Below are positions 32,718 to 46,900 of a stretch of DNA of 64,000 bases, one piece after another (within the stretch, counting starts at the first letter, position 1; every line of letters starts with the position of its first letter). The translations under genes and the position numbers were made by a program. The stretch lies in NCBI GenBank assembly GCA_048128005.1, contig JBEUKZ010000112.1, positions 248,001 to 312,000 on the forward strand, written 5' to 3'. Origin of the DNA: Veleropilina oligotropha. Taxonomy: Eukaryota. Under the pieces are notes generated by a model. The model was not told the origin of the DNA. It did no database searches and saw only the letters and a list, made by a program, of their open reading frames with translations.

Positions 32718-35700
32718 TAGTTATTAGTTCAGTGTGTTATGTAATTTTGTTTTTATTTTTTGGAGATTTGCAAACCTATATATTTTTTTAAACATAGCCA
32801 CCAGAATTTGAAAACGAATGTTTGCATTTGAATTTAAAGATGGCCGCCTTTTGAAATAATTTATATAGCATAATACAGACACAATATAAACAAATAATTT
32901 AGTTTTAGAGTTTAATATGTATATTACAATGATGAAAACATTAAATAGCACCACGTGTAATGCATAATGTAAATGTTGCAGGTCATGTGACGGTTTTTTC
33001 ATGTGTGGCGTAATATGGATTTCTATTATTCACTGTATTATGAAGGCAGTATATGTTGCATATAAATCTACAGTTTTGCATTACAGCGCACAACATTAAC
33101 TATAAAACATACATGATCAAATAATTGCCAATGTTGAAAATAATATGCATAGTAGAAATTAATATTTTCCCCTAAAACAGCTTATTATGCATCATCTTGT
33201 ATTAAGGGGAGATAACTCGGATTGTTTCTATTTTCATGAATCATTAAATATACGTAATTAAAAATGCTAAAGAAGGTATATGTTAGCGTCTTAACTATAT
33301 TTTCCTAGTTAGCTCATGAATGATAAACCCCTCTGACAGTAATCACACAAGCAAGCCAGGTAAAATTTCTGGCAGTTGGAGAAAAGCATCCCCATATGTG
33401 ATTTATTTTTATATGGACCTCTACGAATAGGTTGTTTAATTACTCAATACGAGACCGAACATGAAAAAGACTGTGGTCCTCGGACTAGATGAATCATGCT
33501 GTCATCACTGCTCTTCGGGGTCATGAAGCACCATTTGAGAACTCGTATAGTCTATACCTGGATGGAAGCAAATTTCTAAGAAAAGTCCAAGTTCTTCTTT
33601 GTCTATGCCTCATCCCGGTAAGGGGTTGGCGGCATGAATACTCCTCTGTTCTGTGCGTCATACTCTGTCAGATCCATCACCACCATCCTTTCCCTCTGTC
33701 CATCTCTTCAGTTGAAGTTATCTACCCCTCCATGCTCTTGTCACCACATCTGCCGCACTTATCCTCAAGACGCGTCCGTACCATCATAATTGAAATCCAG
33801 ATACTTGGATTTGCCTCAATTGGGGTAAATCATGCTATCGATACCATCTCATCTTACGAATTGCAATATCCTGCACCACTCCTTTGTGACCCTCGTTCTG
33901 CTCCGCACCTCTTTGTTTCTGATCTTATACTTCAGTGTACGCATCTCCGCCGCCTCCAATCTTTACTCATCCCTCTTCGGTATATACCCAGCAATCCACC
34001 TCGTACGTCATAACCGGCCTCTCCACTGCCTTATACATCTTAGCCTTCAACTTCATTGGCATCCTAACATTAAGCACTCCACCCACTTCTCTCAAGTTCG
34101 TCCAGCTTGCATAGATTCTGTTCTGAACATCTATCTCGCATCCCCTCTTTCACATATGGTTGACCTCAATTTCTGCCCGTTTCAACTCGTCGCCCTTCAT
34201 ATCTCTGATGACTGCCCTCTGTCCACTTGCTCTACTACCCACTAATATCTATGTCTTATTCAAGTTCATATTTAGTTCAAAGCTCTCCTGATTCGTTCGC
34301 CATCCAGCCTCCTTTCTTCCAACTGGTCTTCGCTGTTTGCCAACTTAGAAGTTGCACACACTTAAAACGATCACTACGTGCCCACATGTACTCATATATT
34401 GCACTATATGAATAGGTTATTGGTGTGTTTTTCTAAGATAATGTTGCTATGAAAGGCATTTACATGGATTCCAAAAAATAAAGAGAAGTGGCCTGCCTTT
34501 AGATCAGCGGATCCAAGAGAGCTGGACAGGATAAACTTGCCAGTTCAAATCTCTTGCACGTTTGTCCGCTTCTGATGTCTTTAATACCTTTAAATTTTGG
34601 GAAGTTAAAGCATGCAATATAGAAGTCCATGATAACAATTACATTCAGCCAGTGTAAACCTTTCTGGCCTTCATCGCATTCATCTGACATTGGGTTTCAT
34701 ATTGATGCAGAATAATACATAAGCAAACTATTTTTGTGATGGACATGTGAGGATAAAATGCAAAAGGTTCTGGCCACACTATAGTTCAGACCTCGGGTCC
34801 AAATATCATGACACATGACAATAACTTTGGAAACATCTGTCATCAAGATTTCCATTCCATTTGTTTCCATTGCGAATCATGCTTGTAAGCACCTGTAACC
34901 ACTCAGGACTTGTTGGTATTTCGAACAACGCCAATGCTAAACAAAAATTATTTCGAACCATATCCGGTTGTCTCGTTTGTTATGATTAATCAAAAGACAA
35001 TTTGGTATGATATGATCCTGTACAATCATATTCGATATGACACATCCACTAAGGACATGACCATAAAGGGAATTTCCAGTCTCTTGACAAAAGAAACTGA
35101 TTATCTGAGGAAGAAAACACTGGAATGCAATCAACACTCATCCCAACTGATTATAACATGTCCCTCGAACATACTACATGAAGAATCAAACACACCTCAG
35201 GGCCAAATATCCTGACACTTGCCAATAACTTTGGAAACTGTAAACATAGAAGATGAAAGTCAAATCAGGACTTGTTGCTATTTCTATCAACGTCAATGTT
35301 AGGCAGAAATTATTTCGAACCATATCCGGTTGTCTCGTTTGTCAACATTATTCTGTACAATCAAATCCGATATGACATATCCATCAAGCTAGCACATGAC
35401 CATAAAGGGAATTTCACTTATCTTGACCAAAAAAACTGATTATCTGACGAAGAAAACACTGGAATACAACCAACACTCATCACAATTGATTATAACATGT
35501 CCGTCAGAGCATACTACATGTAAGCAACAGTCATATTATCTTGGACAATAACAACCATGAAGAAGCAGATGTGTTAGCAACAAGACGCGCACCTCACATT
35601 TTTCTTTCCCAAGACGTATGGCGGATTGTCTGTGGTATCATACGATTTCAATTCACCCAATCTGGAGAGCAGGGAAAATCACTGCAGTTAGATTTTCTCG

Positions 35701-37814
35701 AACGAGGCTGTGACTATTTATAGAACCCCTTTTTAGTGTGCGATAGACTTAATAGTCGTATCAAGAAACATACACAAGTCAAACTTAGAAAAGCGTAAAA
35801 TCATTACTGAAAGGTGGGAGCTCCTAAAACGAGAGGTGTGTTGTAGGTATAAAGAGCCCCTTTAAGCCGCAATGCAGCAAAGCCATTATAAGTATTTCAT
35901 TCTTTTTCATGAGCAAACAACACTGGGCTTTTCTGTCCAATAGGCAAAGCTATTTGGCTACTGTTGTATCTGAAGGCTGACAGTAAAGGCATCAATGGCT
36001 CTTAAGTAGAGATACTGCAGAGGAGCATCCAGTCACACTGACGACATTTGTATGCACCGTATATTCTCCAAGAGGAAATCATATCGATAGCATACCTGAA
36101 ATACGGTGACATCTATTTCTCAATTATGTCCCACAGCTGATACACTAGAACACATCATCCAGGGGAAAAAGCCAGCACACCGCAATAAGAATTATTGTAA
36201 CCACTACGAAATGAATACTATCGTGAAACAGATGGTCAGTTAAGGCCCACTAACACGAGATGTCCTTCCGGCTTCTAATGTAATACTTGAATGGTAAGGT
36301 GCAGATGCAAGTTAGAGTGTTCTAAGAAAAGATGTTCCTGTCGGTCAAATTATTTGGAATGTTTAGATATTTGCTTCTGTAACCGCCAATGTCAGAATGA
36401 TGACGAGTCTAAAGAAAATACTGAATGATGACAGTGATGATGAGGAAATGTATTAAATTTTGTGCCATTAGATTAGATTAAATATTCACATTGTTTAAAA
36501 CAGCAAACTCAATATTTGTCAGCAAATTCCTTAGATCAAAGTGAAATAAACCAGTCAGTGTATGCAAGTCGTAATACTCGTTATAGTATCTGTGAATCTC
36601 CTTGAAGATTTATAACAGGCCTGTACGAACAGTTTAAAATGTTTGGTTCCAAACGGTCACAATATAATCTGCAGCATTTCAAATCATTGTTGGCTTAGTT
36701 TATTCTGTATCTTGTGAAATGTAAAGGTTTCAAAATGGCCGCCAATCATTGAAATTCAATCTTGTCCATGGGCGAAAATATCAATTCTCTGGGAGATATT
36801 TAATGGATTGGGGCTTAAGAGGCTGTTTTGAACACATGAATATTTATGTATTAGGACTATGAAAGCTGGAGAATGACTAAAATGAATTTTGCATAGCCGC
36901 CATTCTCAATTCCAATATGGCTGCTTATATCCTTGGAGGGGCTCGAAGTTATTATGCCATATGTATAGCAAGGAACAGTTTGCATGGATCCAAAAGGCAA
37001 CAATATATCCTGTAGTATTTCTTATTATATGCCAGTCGTTTTCTGACGCCTATTCTCGCGCAGTTTTCCGAGACCCTGTATCACGGACACAGCTGATATC
37101 GATTCAGAAAATGTCTCCTGCTTATATATTCACAGGAAAACGTCTCCTGCTTATATATTCAAAATGGCTGCCAAATCGTAGGAACTACTTCCAATATAGT
37201 CCTATACTATTTCAACCTCCCTTACAGATTCGTGACTAAAATTACCATAATCTTTCGATTCAATTTGATAAGAAACTTGTTGTGGCATATAATAAAAATG
37301 TTATAAGTTATTGTGTGGTTCGAGCGATTTATCCGCCGCAAACAATACGACGTCACGAGAGGTTTCCGATGTGCCAGAATCCACACAATATTGATAACAT
37401 CATTATATCATTGATGGTGTGAGTATGCTGTATCTTGTGGAACGGTGAAAATGTCCATTTGCATGCTTTCAAAATGGCCGCCAGTCATTGAAAAAGGTGC
37501 AAAAAAGTTTCAAACTTACCCATGGGCGAAAATATCAATACTTTGAGGGATATTTCCATTAGCTTGGATATTAAAATGCTGTTTTGTCTTGGTAAATGAA
37601 TATAATTTTGTATATAAAAGCTGTAAAATTACTAAAAATGATTTTTGCATAGCCGCCATTTTTAATTCCAATATGACCGCCATAACGGCTTTGCCTCAAA
37701 TGCAAACATTGGTTTTAGAACTCCCCAGGGAATAAAGGTTTCAAAAATATATAGGTTTGCAAATCTCCAAGAAAAAAAACGAAACCCTTTTTCATGACAT
37801 AGTGAACCTGACTA
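32718..37814 (+). mobile_element. Degenerate Academ-like DNA transposon
   Basis: Imperfect TIRs starting TAGT that share TTGGAGATTTGCAAACCTATATATTTTT; relic motifs NHEEAD (~35555) and GCDY; C-terminal CXC cluster CRCKLECSKKRCSCRSNYLECLDICFCNRQCQN at 36300-36398. Confidence 0.65.
33590..34350 (-). mobile_element. RTE-clade LINE 3' fragment nested in the Academ relic
   Basis: Minus strand reads DVQNRIYASWTNLREVGGVL..MPMKLKAKMYKAVERPVMTYE; (AAG)n-like tail. Confidence 0.65.
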
Positions 37815-38139
37815 TATGTGTGGGGTGTGGTTAAGTTGCATGGTTATGATGTTGAAAGGAGTCCTATCCCCCATAAATGCCAGGAATTTAGTTTCCATAT
37901 ACATCTCCATTGCACACAACTTCAATTCATGTCACTCAAGTCGATTGATTTGATTCAGGACTAATAATTGTTGTCATAGGTCACTAAATTTGAAATACAC
38001 TTGATAATTAATTCCCTAAGAAGACGTATGCACATTTATTATATAAAACATCACTATTTGTGGCATTGACCTTAACTATTCAATATTTTTTTCAATGTGG
38101 CATATCATCGAGCGACTATGGGTAATCATTTCATTGGCA

Positions 38140-39960
38140 CAATGGGTCACATCTCATCTCTGCCTGGTGCCCCACGTTGGAAATCGGTCGTCAACAAATG
38201 CTCTCCAGTTGTCCCCATGTGCACGTTGTCCGCTTCATGTCTGCCACCAGGTCGCGGCACCATGTATTTATTTGACGACGTACCTTCCTTTTACCTTGCG
38301 AGTTCCAGGTGAGACCTTGTCTTGTAGTGCTGGATGCAGGCTTACGGAGCATATGGTCGATCCATCTCGTCTTCTGCAGGTTGTTGTCTTGCTCGCTTCC
38401 ACAGTTCTTCATTGGTGATTTTGTCTGACCAGTGAATCCTTCCGAGACCAGTATTGATGAAAGTCTTGATTCCCTTCATGGCTGGTACAGTGGTTCTCAA
38501 AGACTCTGCTCCAAGTTGATGAACTGATCTTGATGTTTGTTGTCAGATTGCCTTACCAATTCGTATTGTAATGTCATCATCTGCGCCACCTGCTTGGCAA
38601 TGATGGTGCCAAGATATGTGAAAGTATCCACATCTAGTGCCTTGCCTTCCAGCATGATGGGCGTTGTATTTACTGCATTGACCTTGAGGATCTTGCTCTT
38701 CCCTCTATGGATGTCGAAGCTCAATAGAGTTGAGTCTTCCTCTACAGTGCTGGTCCTTTCCTGCATCTGTTGCTGGGTGTGAGAGAGGAAGGCCAGATCG
38801 TCAGCAAAGTCGGCGTCATCCAGCTGTGTCCAGAGCGTCGATTGGATGACATTTCTCTTCTGGCTGTATATGTCTTCATAACCCAGTCTATTGCGAACAG
38901 GAACAGGAAAGGTGACAGCAAGCATCCTTGCCTCACTCCCTTCTGTTCTTGGAAGGTATCGCTAATTTTGCACCATCCTGCAGGTCATCTCCCATAGGAA
39001 TTCCGGGTGATGTTTGTGATCTTCTCCGGCCCACCGTTGTGATGCTTCCATAGAATCTATCTACACTGTTGAACGCCTTCTCATAGTCAACGAAGTTGAC
39101 ATAAAGGGGAGAAGTCCACTCCAGCGATTGTTCCAAAATGATGCGCCGTCGCTATCGGGTACTGTAGGTGCAGAATCTATCCTTAGGAAAGGCAACCTGT
39201 TGATCTCGGAGCCGTAGCGTCCTTTAGGACTCTGTTGATTAATTTGCCTGTGATAGACAGCAGTATTATTCCCCTGCAGTTGGAGCATACGCTGATGTTG
39301 CCTTTTTGGCAGTTTGATGAAGTAGCTCTTTTTCCAATCTGACGGGAATTTTCCCCAGATCTCGCTAATGAGTCAGTCGAGCATTTTCACGCTGGTATTT
39401 ATGTCTGCATTCACCGTCCCTGTCAGGATGCAGTCTGGTCAGTCTTGTCATTTCTGACTTCCTTGAGGACCTTGCGAGTATCCTCTTTAGTAGGCACACC
39501 ACAGTCATTCGGCAGGTCACTGTCAGCTGGTTGGATGTCTGGTGATTCTTGTGGAACTGGTTTGTTCAGAAGTTCCTCAAAATGCCCCATCCATCTGTTC
39601 CTCTGTCCTTTCTCGTCGGATGTTTTCCTCGTCCTTCACGGGTCTTTCCGGTTTGCTGAATTTTCCTGATGGCAAATGTTTCCTGGTGTGCTGCTTCGTC
39701 TGCTTCTGTTTCCAGTGTAGTTACGCTTGTCTTCCTTTACTTCAGTTTACTCCTCTACCTCATTCAATATTTCTGTTTCTTGGCTGGTTGAGGATACTGC
39801 CTCCTTCACTCCCTGCCACCTCTCGTCGATTGTTTCTTCCTCCAACAGCTCTAGAAAGAGTGTGGTGTTGTAACGTTGGCGTTGGTTGGTCTCCTCTGTT
39901 TGTCCTCCTCTTCAACCGGGCAACGATAGACAATCGTGTGGTATCGGCTGAAGATTCTGA
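38140..39960 (-). mobile_element. Degraded RTE-clade LINE reverse transcriptase
   Basis: Fragments LYVNFVDYEKAFNSVDR, RQGCLLSPFLFLFAIDWVMK, DFADDLAFLSH and FTYLG across frameshifts. Confidence 0.85.
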
Positions 39961-42348
39961 CATCACTGGCTTGTTTCGGCTGGCACGAACAGTAGTGGGT
40001 ATTTGTTCAGTTATGAATCACAGTTGTCCGTAACTAGTCGGAGAGGGCGTGCTTTCCCGGGCTATCCTTCTGTGATTATACAGACATGTCCTGATTGAAA
40101 CCTAATGGTTGTCAATATACAGGATATTAAACATCGATCTTTTCTTTTCAACCATGAAACAAGATGGTCTCAAGCAATATATGCACCTCGTTTGACACTT
40201 ACGTCTTGAAGATATCATCTGAACTTCTTCCTGATGCATACATGGTCAATTTAATTCTCCGTCGAAAGGTCTGGTGGTACCCAAGCACCTTGTGTATCAT
40301 TCTGTGGTGGAAGAAGCTTCCTCCGATGACAAGGTATCCTGTGGTTCATATGTCGACGAATCTCTCCCCATTGTCGTTCCTCTATCTCAGCCCCTGCTAC
40401 TCATAACCTCCCCATAGCTCTTGTTGTTTATTACGGCATGCATCAAACAAGATTCATGGTGCACGCGGCTTGTACTATTGCAGAGACCCAATTCACATGG
40501 ATATTTTTCTAAATTTGTGCGAAGTGTTTTTATTGCTATCACATAAGAACCAAGTGGATATCGCACAATACAACTGCAGTTCCTAATTCTGACTTAGTTT
40601 TGTCCTTCGCGAATCTGAATTGGAACAGAAGAACATGAAAATACTCAATATATCGGCAATGACATTTCGTAAATTTTGTCTTAGGCAACCTTCATTGTCA
40701 ACAAGGCGATGTGTGGTGTTAAATTATGTGTATTCCACATGCATATTGTATCAAGACATGGTACTCACATTCAATGATAGACGTCAAACTGAAACGTGAG
40801 CCATGAAAGAAATGTGGATCTCCTTCAGAAACCTTTGTACCCTTCAAGAGTCAAGCACTTTGGTCCATGCAGTAGGAAAAACGAAGTGGTTCGATGACAA
40901 TTATGCAGAAATCTCGGATCACATCATATATCGTCAGCTGCACCAATCGTACAAATGCTACGTGTCGTCTCGATGAAACCAGCCGCATTACCAGTATACT
41001 TACAGAGGCTCACAGATACAAATCCAACATATATGCAGATCGTATCTAATACTTATAACTGTAATGTCTCTCGCTTTGTGTAACGCTGCGGGTGATATTG
41101 TCTCCCAAGTGACTAATATTTCCTTGGCATTCAGGAAATACTATGTGGTACACAACGCTGTTAGTTTGTCTGAACCGAACGCGTTGGGTTGGTGGAAGCG
41201 CTTCACTCTTAGTCCACTTGACTGACTGTGGATTTTCGGTAATGATTGTTCAACTCTTGGCCTAAGACTCAGCGGTTAATAATCAGTAATGGTAGTTATT
41301 AACCAGATATTTAATTCGGGGCTTCTCACCTATGATTATATGGACAGGAGCAAAGATACGAACGTGGGACAATTAACGCGAATTCAATCAAATTCTAAAC
41401 CAGTGATCGCCAATGCGACATAAGATATATATATCACGCTTATCAAAACACTATTATCGAACAAGGAGAAAGGGCAATTCAAGCGCTCCCGTCATGAAAA
41501 ACGCATTGGTCTGTTAATGCGCAACCATATATAGGACTACACGACTCTTCTTGGGAAGTTAACATTCAGCAAATTTGTGAAACGGAAGAAATGCATCGTG
41601 ATTAGGGATGCTTTCGATCATCATCTTGGGTGTTAAATGTGGCCTGAAGCATCGATCCAAACCAATCTTTATCTACCTTTTCCACCATAAAGGATTCATT
41701 TCCTCCAAGATTCATTCGAATCGGAAACAGCCCCCCAACGCAATCTGTCTAAGCCGAGTCACTACACGATGGTGTCATTCTGAGACAGAACGTATATCGT
41801 TATAAGGTGGGCATAGATGCTGGCTTCAAAATATTATTTTGATCATATGAAGAACAAGTGCAAATCTGTTTATTTTTACCTCTATAGAGTAACATAATTA
41901 TGCATGACTCACTGACAAAGGCGAGCCACAATCGTCCCCACCGTCGGCAAACAACTGGTGGATGAGTATGATGCTATCCCCCGTGTGCTGTCGATGATGG
42001 TGGATGTAATCGTCCCTGTTTTAATTGCATCTCCCCTCCGCATTCCAATTATCTATTCTAGCAAATATACTAGTATCTGAAATAAAGAAATCACAAAGTT
42101 CCAATATATTCCAAATAACGCTGTCATTACTGTACGATCACCGCAAGATCAGTTTCTTGTTCAATTGGCTTACATTTGCATCGTCATACTTTTAAGCAAC
42201 ATCTGCCAGTGTGGTGACCGCTGAAATATGTATTATTTTGTCATCTTGGATATACTCCCCGTGTTATACACCTGCATGGAGTTAGAATTGTTGCAAGATC
42301 AATATATATCGCATTTCTAACGTGTATACTATGTTCTTTTAAACTAGT

Positions 42349-42615
42349 GGCCGCTTCGACAGTCGTGTGGTTTCGGTTGTGGACTCCGAAAAATCACTGG
42401 CTTGATTCCGCTGACGCGAACAGTAGTGGGTTCAAACCTCGGCAGGGACATCACACATTTTTTCAAGTTATGAATCACATTTGTCCTTAATTGGTCGCAG
42501 AGGGCGAGTTTCCCCGGGCGACCGGCATTTCCTCCCCCGATAATATGGACATGTCCTGCTTTGAACCAAATGATGGTTGGAAATATAAAGGACATAAAGC
42601 ATCGATCCTTTCCTT
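42349..42615 (+). mobile_element. SINE family A, diverged copy (other partial or diverged copies at ~20475-20720, 39963-40145, 63595-63690)
   Basis: GGCCGCTTCG head, B-box GGTTCAAACC, GGACATAAAGCATC tail. Confidence 0.8.
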
Positions 42616-43654
42616 TTCTTATAAACTAGGCCAAAAAAGTGCGTATACATATCTCTTATGAATGTTGAATTTTTTATCCGCGCGACAGAGACCATATCAG
42701 TTATATCAAATTTTAGCATAACATATAACTCATCTGAATGAAGATCAATACTATAGAGGGTCTAATTTAACTCTTCAGTGAAAAAAGAAGAGAAGAGTCT
42801 CCGTGAAAGTCACAAAAATGTGTGTTCAGTACTTTGTTTGTATACAATGAATGCTCGTTTGGGTTTCATTTTGTTAATGGCTATAAAACTTTCAAATGCA
42901 GTTGTTTGTAAAATGATAAAATCTTAATCATACTATTAAGGTGTGTAGTTCTTGGTCTGGGTGTTGGTGCTTACGTGTGGCGGGTGTGTAGTTCTTTAAT
43001 AGTGTAGGTGTTGAGCTTACTTTAATTGTAGCTTAATAGGTATGGTGGACGCTGGCAGATGCATACACAGACTGTCAATAACTTCCATGTTTTCAATTAA
43101 ACAATTGTGAAACTTGAAAGCTGATAACGTGTCAATGGCGACGTCAATACCAATTTTGGTCAGGTCTGGAAGACCGGTAGCACAAATCCAACAGAGTCTT
43201 GATGAATAAGGTTATTGTTGCTAAGGTACGGAGGGAAAGCGACAGCTTCCATTCGAGAAAACGACACGAGACCCACATCTTCGTGTTACACTACAGCTAG
43301 TGGGCAAAGGCAATATCGTGGATGGAACAGTGTACAGTGATCGGACGTTTTCTTCAAATAGCCACCATCTTCTCCTATTCTTGCAGCGCTTTGTCCAGCG
43401 AAGCAGTAAATTTGGAATTCTATTGATCTTTATTCAGATGAATAATATAATTATTATATACTATGATTCATGATTATAGATCGGGGATAAATATTGTATC
43501 TAATTTTATAAAGGTTAAACGAACTATTTGACCTAGTGAATATGACATCATCAGAATACTAGCATGCTCTAAATCTTTTTAACCACGTTATTCCGGCGTC
43601 GTGGTCGAACGGGTAAAGAATGTATATGCTGATCACTCTTCAAAGCAACATATA

Positions 43655-43674
43655 TTTTCGCGCCATATTTCGAA
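43655..43674 (+). promoter_or_regulatory. E2F site plus CHR-like element (DCTD promoter copy 1)
   Basis: TTTTCGCGCC ATA TTTCGAA about 50 bp upstream of the ATG at 43717. Confidence 0.6.
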
Positions 43675-43716
43675 CAGAAAAAACAACTTTGTAAAAGTGT
43701 TTTATTTGCTGTGTTC

Positions 43717-43757
43717 ATGGCGGATAACTTCACTGATAGTGTTACGTCAACAAACAG
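43717..43757 (+). CDS. DCTD: DCTD candidate first coding exon, copy 1 ([13 protein letters not shown])
   Basis: ATGGCG start; AG|GTAATT donor in phase 2, which exon 51326 requires. Confidence 0.6.
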
Positions 43758-43817
43758 GTAATTGTAGATAGTTGCCGAATGCAGATGCTGAGCACTCTTC
43801 AAAGGGGGCAACATATA

Positions 43818-43837
43818 TTTTCGCGCCATATTTCGAA
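43818..43837 (+). promoter_or_regulatory. E2F site plus CHR-like element (DCTD promoter copy 2)
   Basis: Identical TTTTCGCGCC ATA TTTCGAA upstream of the ATG at 43880. Confidence 0.6.
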
Positions 43838-43879
43838 CAGTAATAACAACTTTGTAAAAGTGTTTTATTTGCTGTGTTC

Positions 43880-43920
43880 ATGGCGGATAACTTCACTGAT
43901 AGTGACACGTCATCAACCAG
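43880..43920 (+). CDS. DCTD: DCTD candidate first coding exon, copy 2 ([13 protein letters not shown])
   Basis: ATGGCG start; AG|GTAATT donor in phase 2. Confidence 0.65.
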
Positions 43921-46900
43921 GTAATTGTAGATAGTTGCCGGCGAAGCAATGTAAAAGTTATGTAACGAAAGGCGTGGTCGAGTTGTTACGGCGTTCCATG
44001 AACCTGATAACTGCATGATGAATCAAGAACGGAGGGGGGGGGGGGGAATACAAGTCAACTCACCGCCTGGTCAACTCGATCACAGCCAATTATTTAGAGT
44101 CAACTCACCGCCAATTATTTAGAGTCAACTCACCGCCAATTATCAAGAGTCCAATAATATTGTAATGCAATCTTACGAATGTTTATAATGTGCATAATTA
44201 TCAGGTTGGGGCGAATTCACTTTTCGGGATATAAAATATATCCCGATCGGGATATCAAATTTTGAAAATAGTTTTTTGCAGTCAAGTAGCAAAAATCTTG
44301 CAAATGTAAGTATATGAGATGTTATGTAAGTAAATAATTCTATCAAATTGAGGCGCAGTGGTCCTGAATTTAATATTTTATATCCCGATTGAGATATATA
44401 TATCCCGAAAAGTGACTTCTCCCCAACCTGATTATATAGTATGTTAAGAAATTATATCAACCCTATTCCATGTTGTCTTTAAGTAATATGCATACAATAT
44501 TAATTGATATCACTGTAATGTGTCTAATTCCACCAATACAGCCCTCGGAATTAAGGTCGGCATTCGGCAATGCCGACCTCGTTGCCGACCTGCAAGCGTA
44601 CGAGGTCGGCAAAAATTTGCCGACCTCGATTTATCTTGCTAAAAGGTCTGTTCATATATATTATACTAATTACAATATTTATTCATAACTTGTTAAGTTG
44701 TATCTCTTTACCTACTTTGTATATTGTGCATCCTGGTTGAAATGTTCACCAATAAATCGTTAACATCACAAGTTTTCAACACAAGCGCTCCATTCGCACA
44801 TGTACGCTATTTATAAATTACTAGGTCACGGATTCAAATCGCGTCTCCAAAATAATACGTGCTATGTTTCCAACTTACAATGTGGTAATCTTTCTTATGG
44901 ATAAAATGGCATATAACCAATTTAAGACACCATTTAATGATTAAATATTAATTTAAATAGATTTAGAGACTTATGAACTTTATCCCAGAATTGGGTCTAC
45001 TTGTACTTAGTATTTATTCAGATTCAGATACGAACACGCAGCGGTCGGTCGCTGCGGGGTACGCGATTAGTGACCACGGCCAACGGGCAGAAATAACGTG
45101 TACAATTTGACTTAGCGTGAAACTGCCTGTCATATATTTATTCCACGAGCTTATTGTAAATAAAGATATTTGCTGATTCTATTGTCACTTTATCATCTAC
45201 CAAATGGAGATTTAAAAAAAGATTTTGCTACTCAATATTCGTCACGCGAACAGGTGAGGTAAACGGTAACACGTGCGCGATGCCGCGTGTGTGGGAGTCT
45301 CCCGTTCGCTCAAAATTTAAACAATATCATATGTTGGCTAAATAGCAAATTAATTCAAGATAAATATACAGAGAAACAATGGTTAAAACATTCTTAAATT
45401 ATGTATTTAAACAAGATTTAAGCATTGTGTTAACAGAAAACAGTTTTAAAAAATTTGCCGACCTGGTTGGACTTGAGGTCGGCAAAAATTTGCCGACCTG
45501 GATTTTTCCTAATTGCGAGGGCTGCCAATAAATATCTGTTGTATTGCAATGAAAATAAACTAGTTGCATTTATATATATATATATTATTTATTCTATGCA
45601 AAACACGAATGTGCTCAGTGTTCGAAATTAACTATCATTTGCTGGCCCGAGGCCATCAAAATCTCCGTCAGGCCAGTCAACTTCAGTGTACGAAAGTCCT
45701 TCGGACCAATCGATTTTGTGGCAATATAAGTATATGAAATGTGTACAAAGTGCCTATCAGAAACCAATATATGGTCATTGCACTAGCCAGGTCAGCAGCT
45801 ATCGTTATCAATATAATTACGTAATTCGAGTACATGTACTGGTCATCGCAAAGTGTGCACAACGGATTAAACAGGAAGACTGTCTGCGGGGTAGACCTTA
45901 TTTGTCAACAGATACAGAAGGCCGTTAAAGTGTCTAAAGTAACTTACATGCAAGTTTAATCACTTTATTCTCAACTGAATTAATGCAGTGATAATTGAGA
46001 CTCCCAATTCTTTATCAAAGACAAATAATTTAACAGTAAAACGAAATTCGACACCACATATTTACTTCACTAAAGCCCGAAACACATTGTGGTCCGAGTG
46101 GGTGACTCGGGAATAGTGATAAGTTTTATGATTATTAAATATCTCAATATTTTTCATGTTTTGGGGTGGAAAAAATGTAGATCCTTAAAACCATAATTTA
46201 AAAGAATGAATGTTTATTTACAATAAATCCACTTCAATATATATAAAAATAGGCATTTTAGAGGTAACCTAAATCCCTTGCGGTTCTCGGAAATTATGGT
46301 CACATGTTTAACAGAAGATTGCGATATGAATTAAGTCTTGTAATAAATTATTATATACTTTTTAATTATTTTAGTAACATGCTGTAACAGAATAAGGCAC
46401 ATAATGAATTATGTACCATGTAATAGTGTCATAAATGCTATTACTAATTAGTATTTTGTGATCGTGCAAAGGGAGATAATCAAATCCACAAGCTGAATTT
46501 CTACTTAGTTTAATGTTTCATTGTGTATTTATTAAATAACAAATTGTATTTAAAATGGAAAGATTAATTAAAAGATGAAAATAAATTTAATTTGTCTTAT
46601 TACAAGGGAATAAAATTGTTAAAAATATGTAATGCAAAATTAGCCAATGGAAGTTACAATGGTAGCTATGACTGATGACTTGCACTGTTGCAGAGCATAA
46701 TACTACCAGTACCAAAGACATATTTAAAGAAAAAAATCCTTTTTAAATGCAATCATCTCTAAATTATGGGAAAATATAATTAATCTGGCTTTATTATTAT
46801 AAAATATGATTTGTATTTGGCAAAATATGATGAACCATATCAAATACTAAAAGCTTTTGCTATAAATTAATTCTTAGCTGTATATAGGCCTATGCATGGC

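Noticed and set aside
40150..42300. Moderately GC-rich stretch that may be a decayed transposase or gene
   Set aside because: No motif, terminal repeat or consistent frame could be supported by eye; needs tBLASTx.
43135..43225. Alternative DCTD start exon (ATGGCGACG... or ATGAATAAG...AAG|GT)
   Set aside because: The first ATG reaches TAA before the donor; the second gives a phase-0 donor incompatible with the phase-2 exon at 51326. It could still be a non-coding exon.
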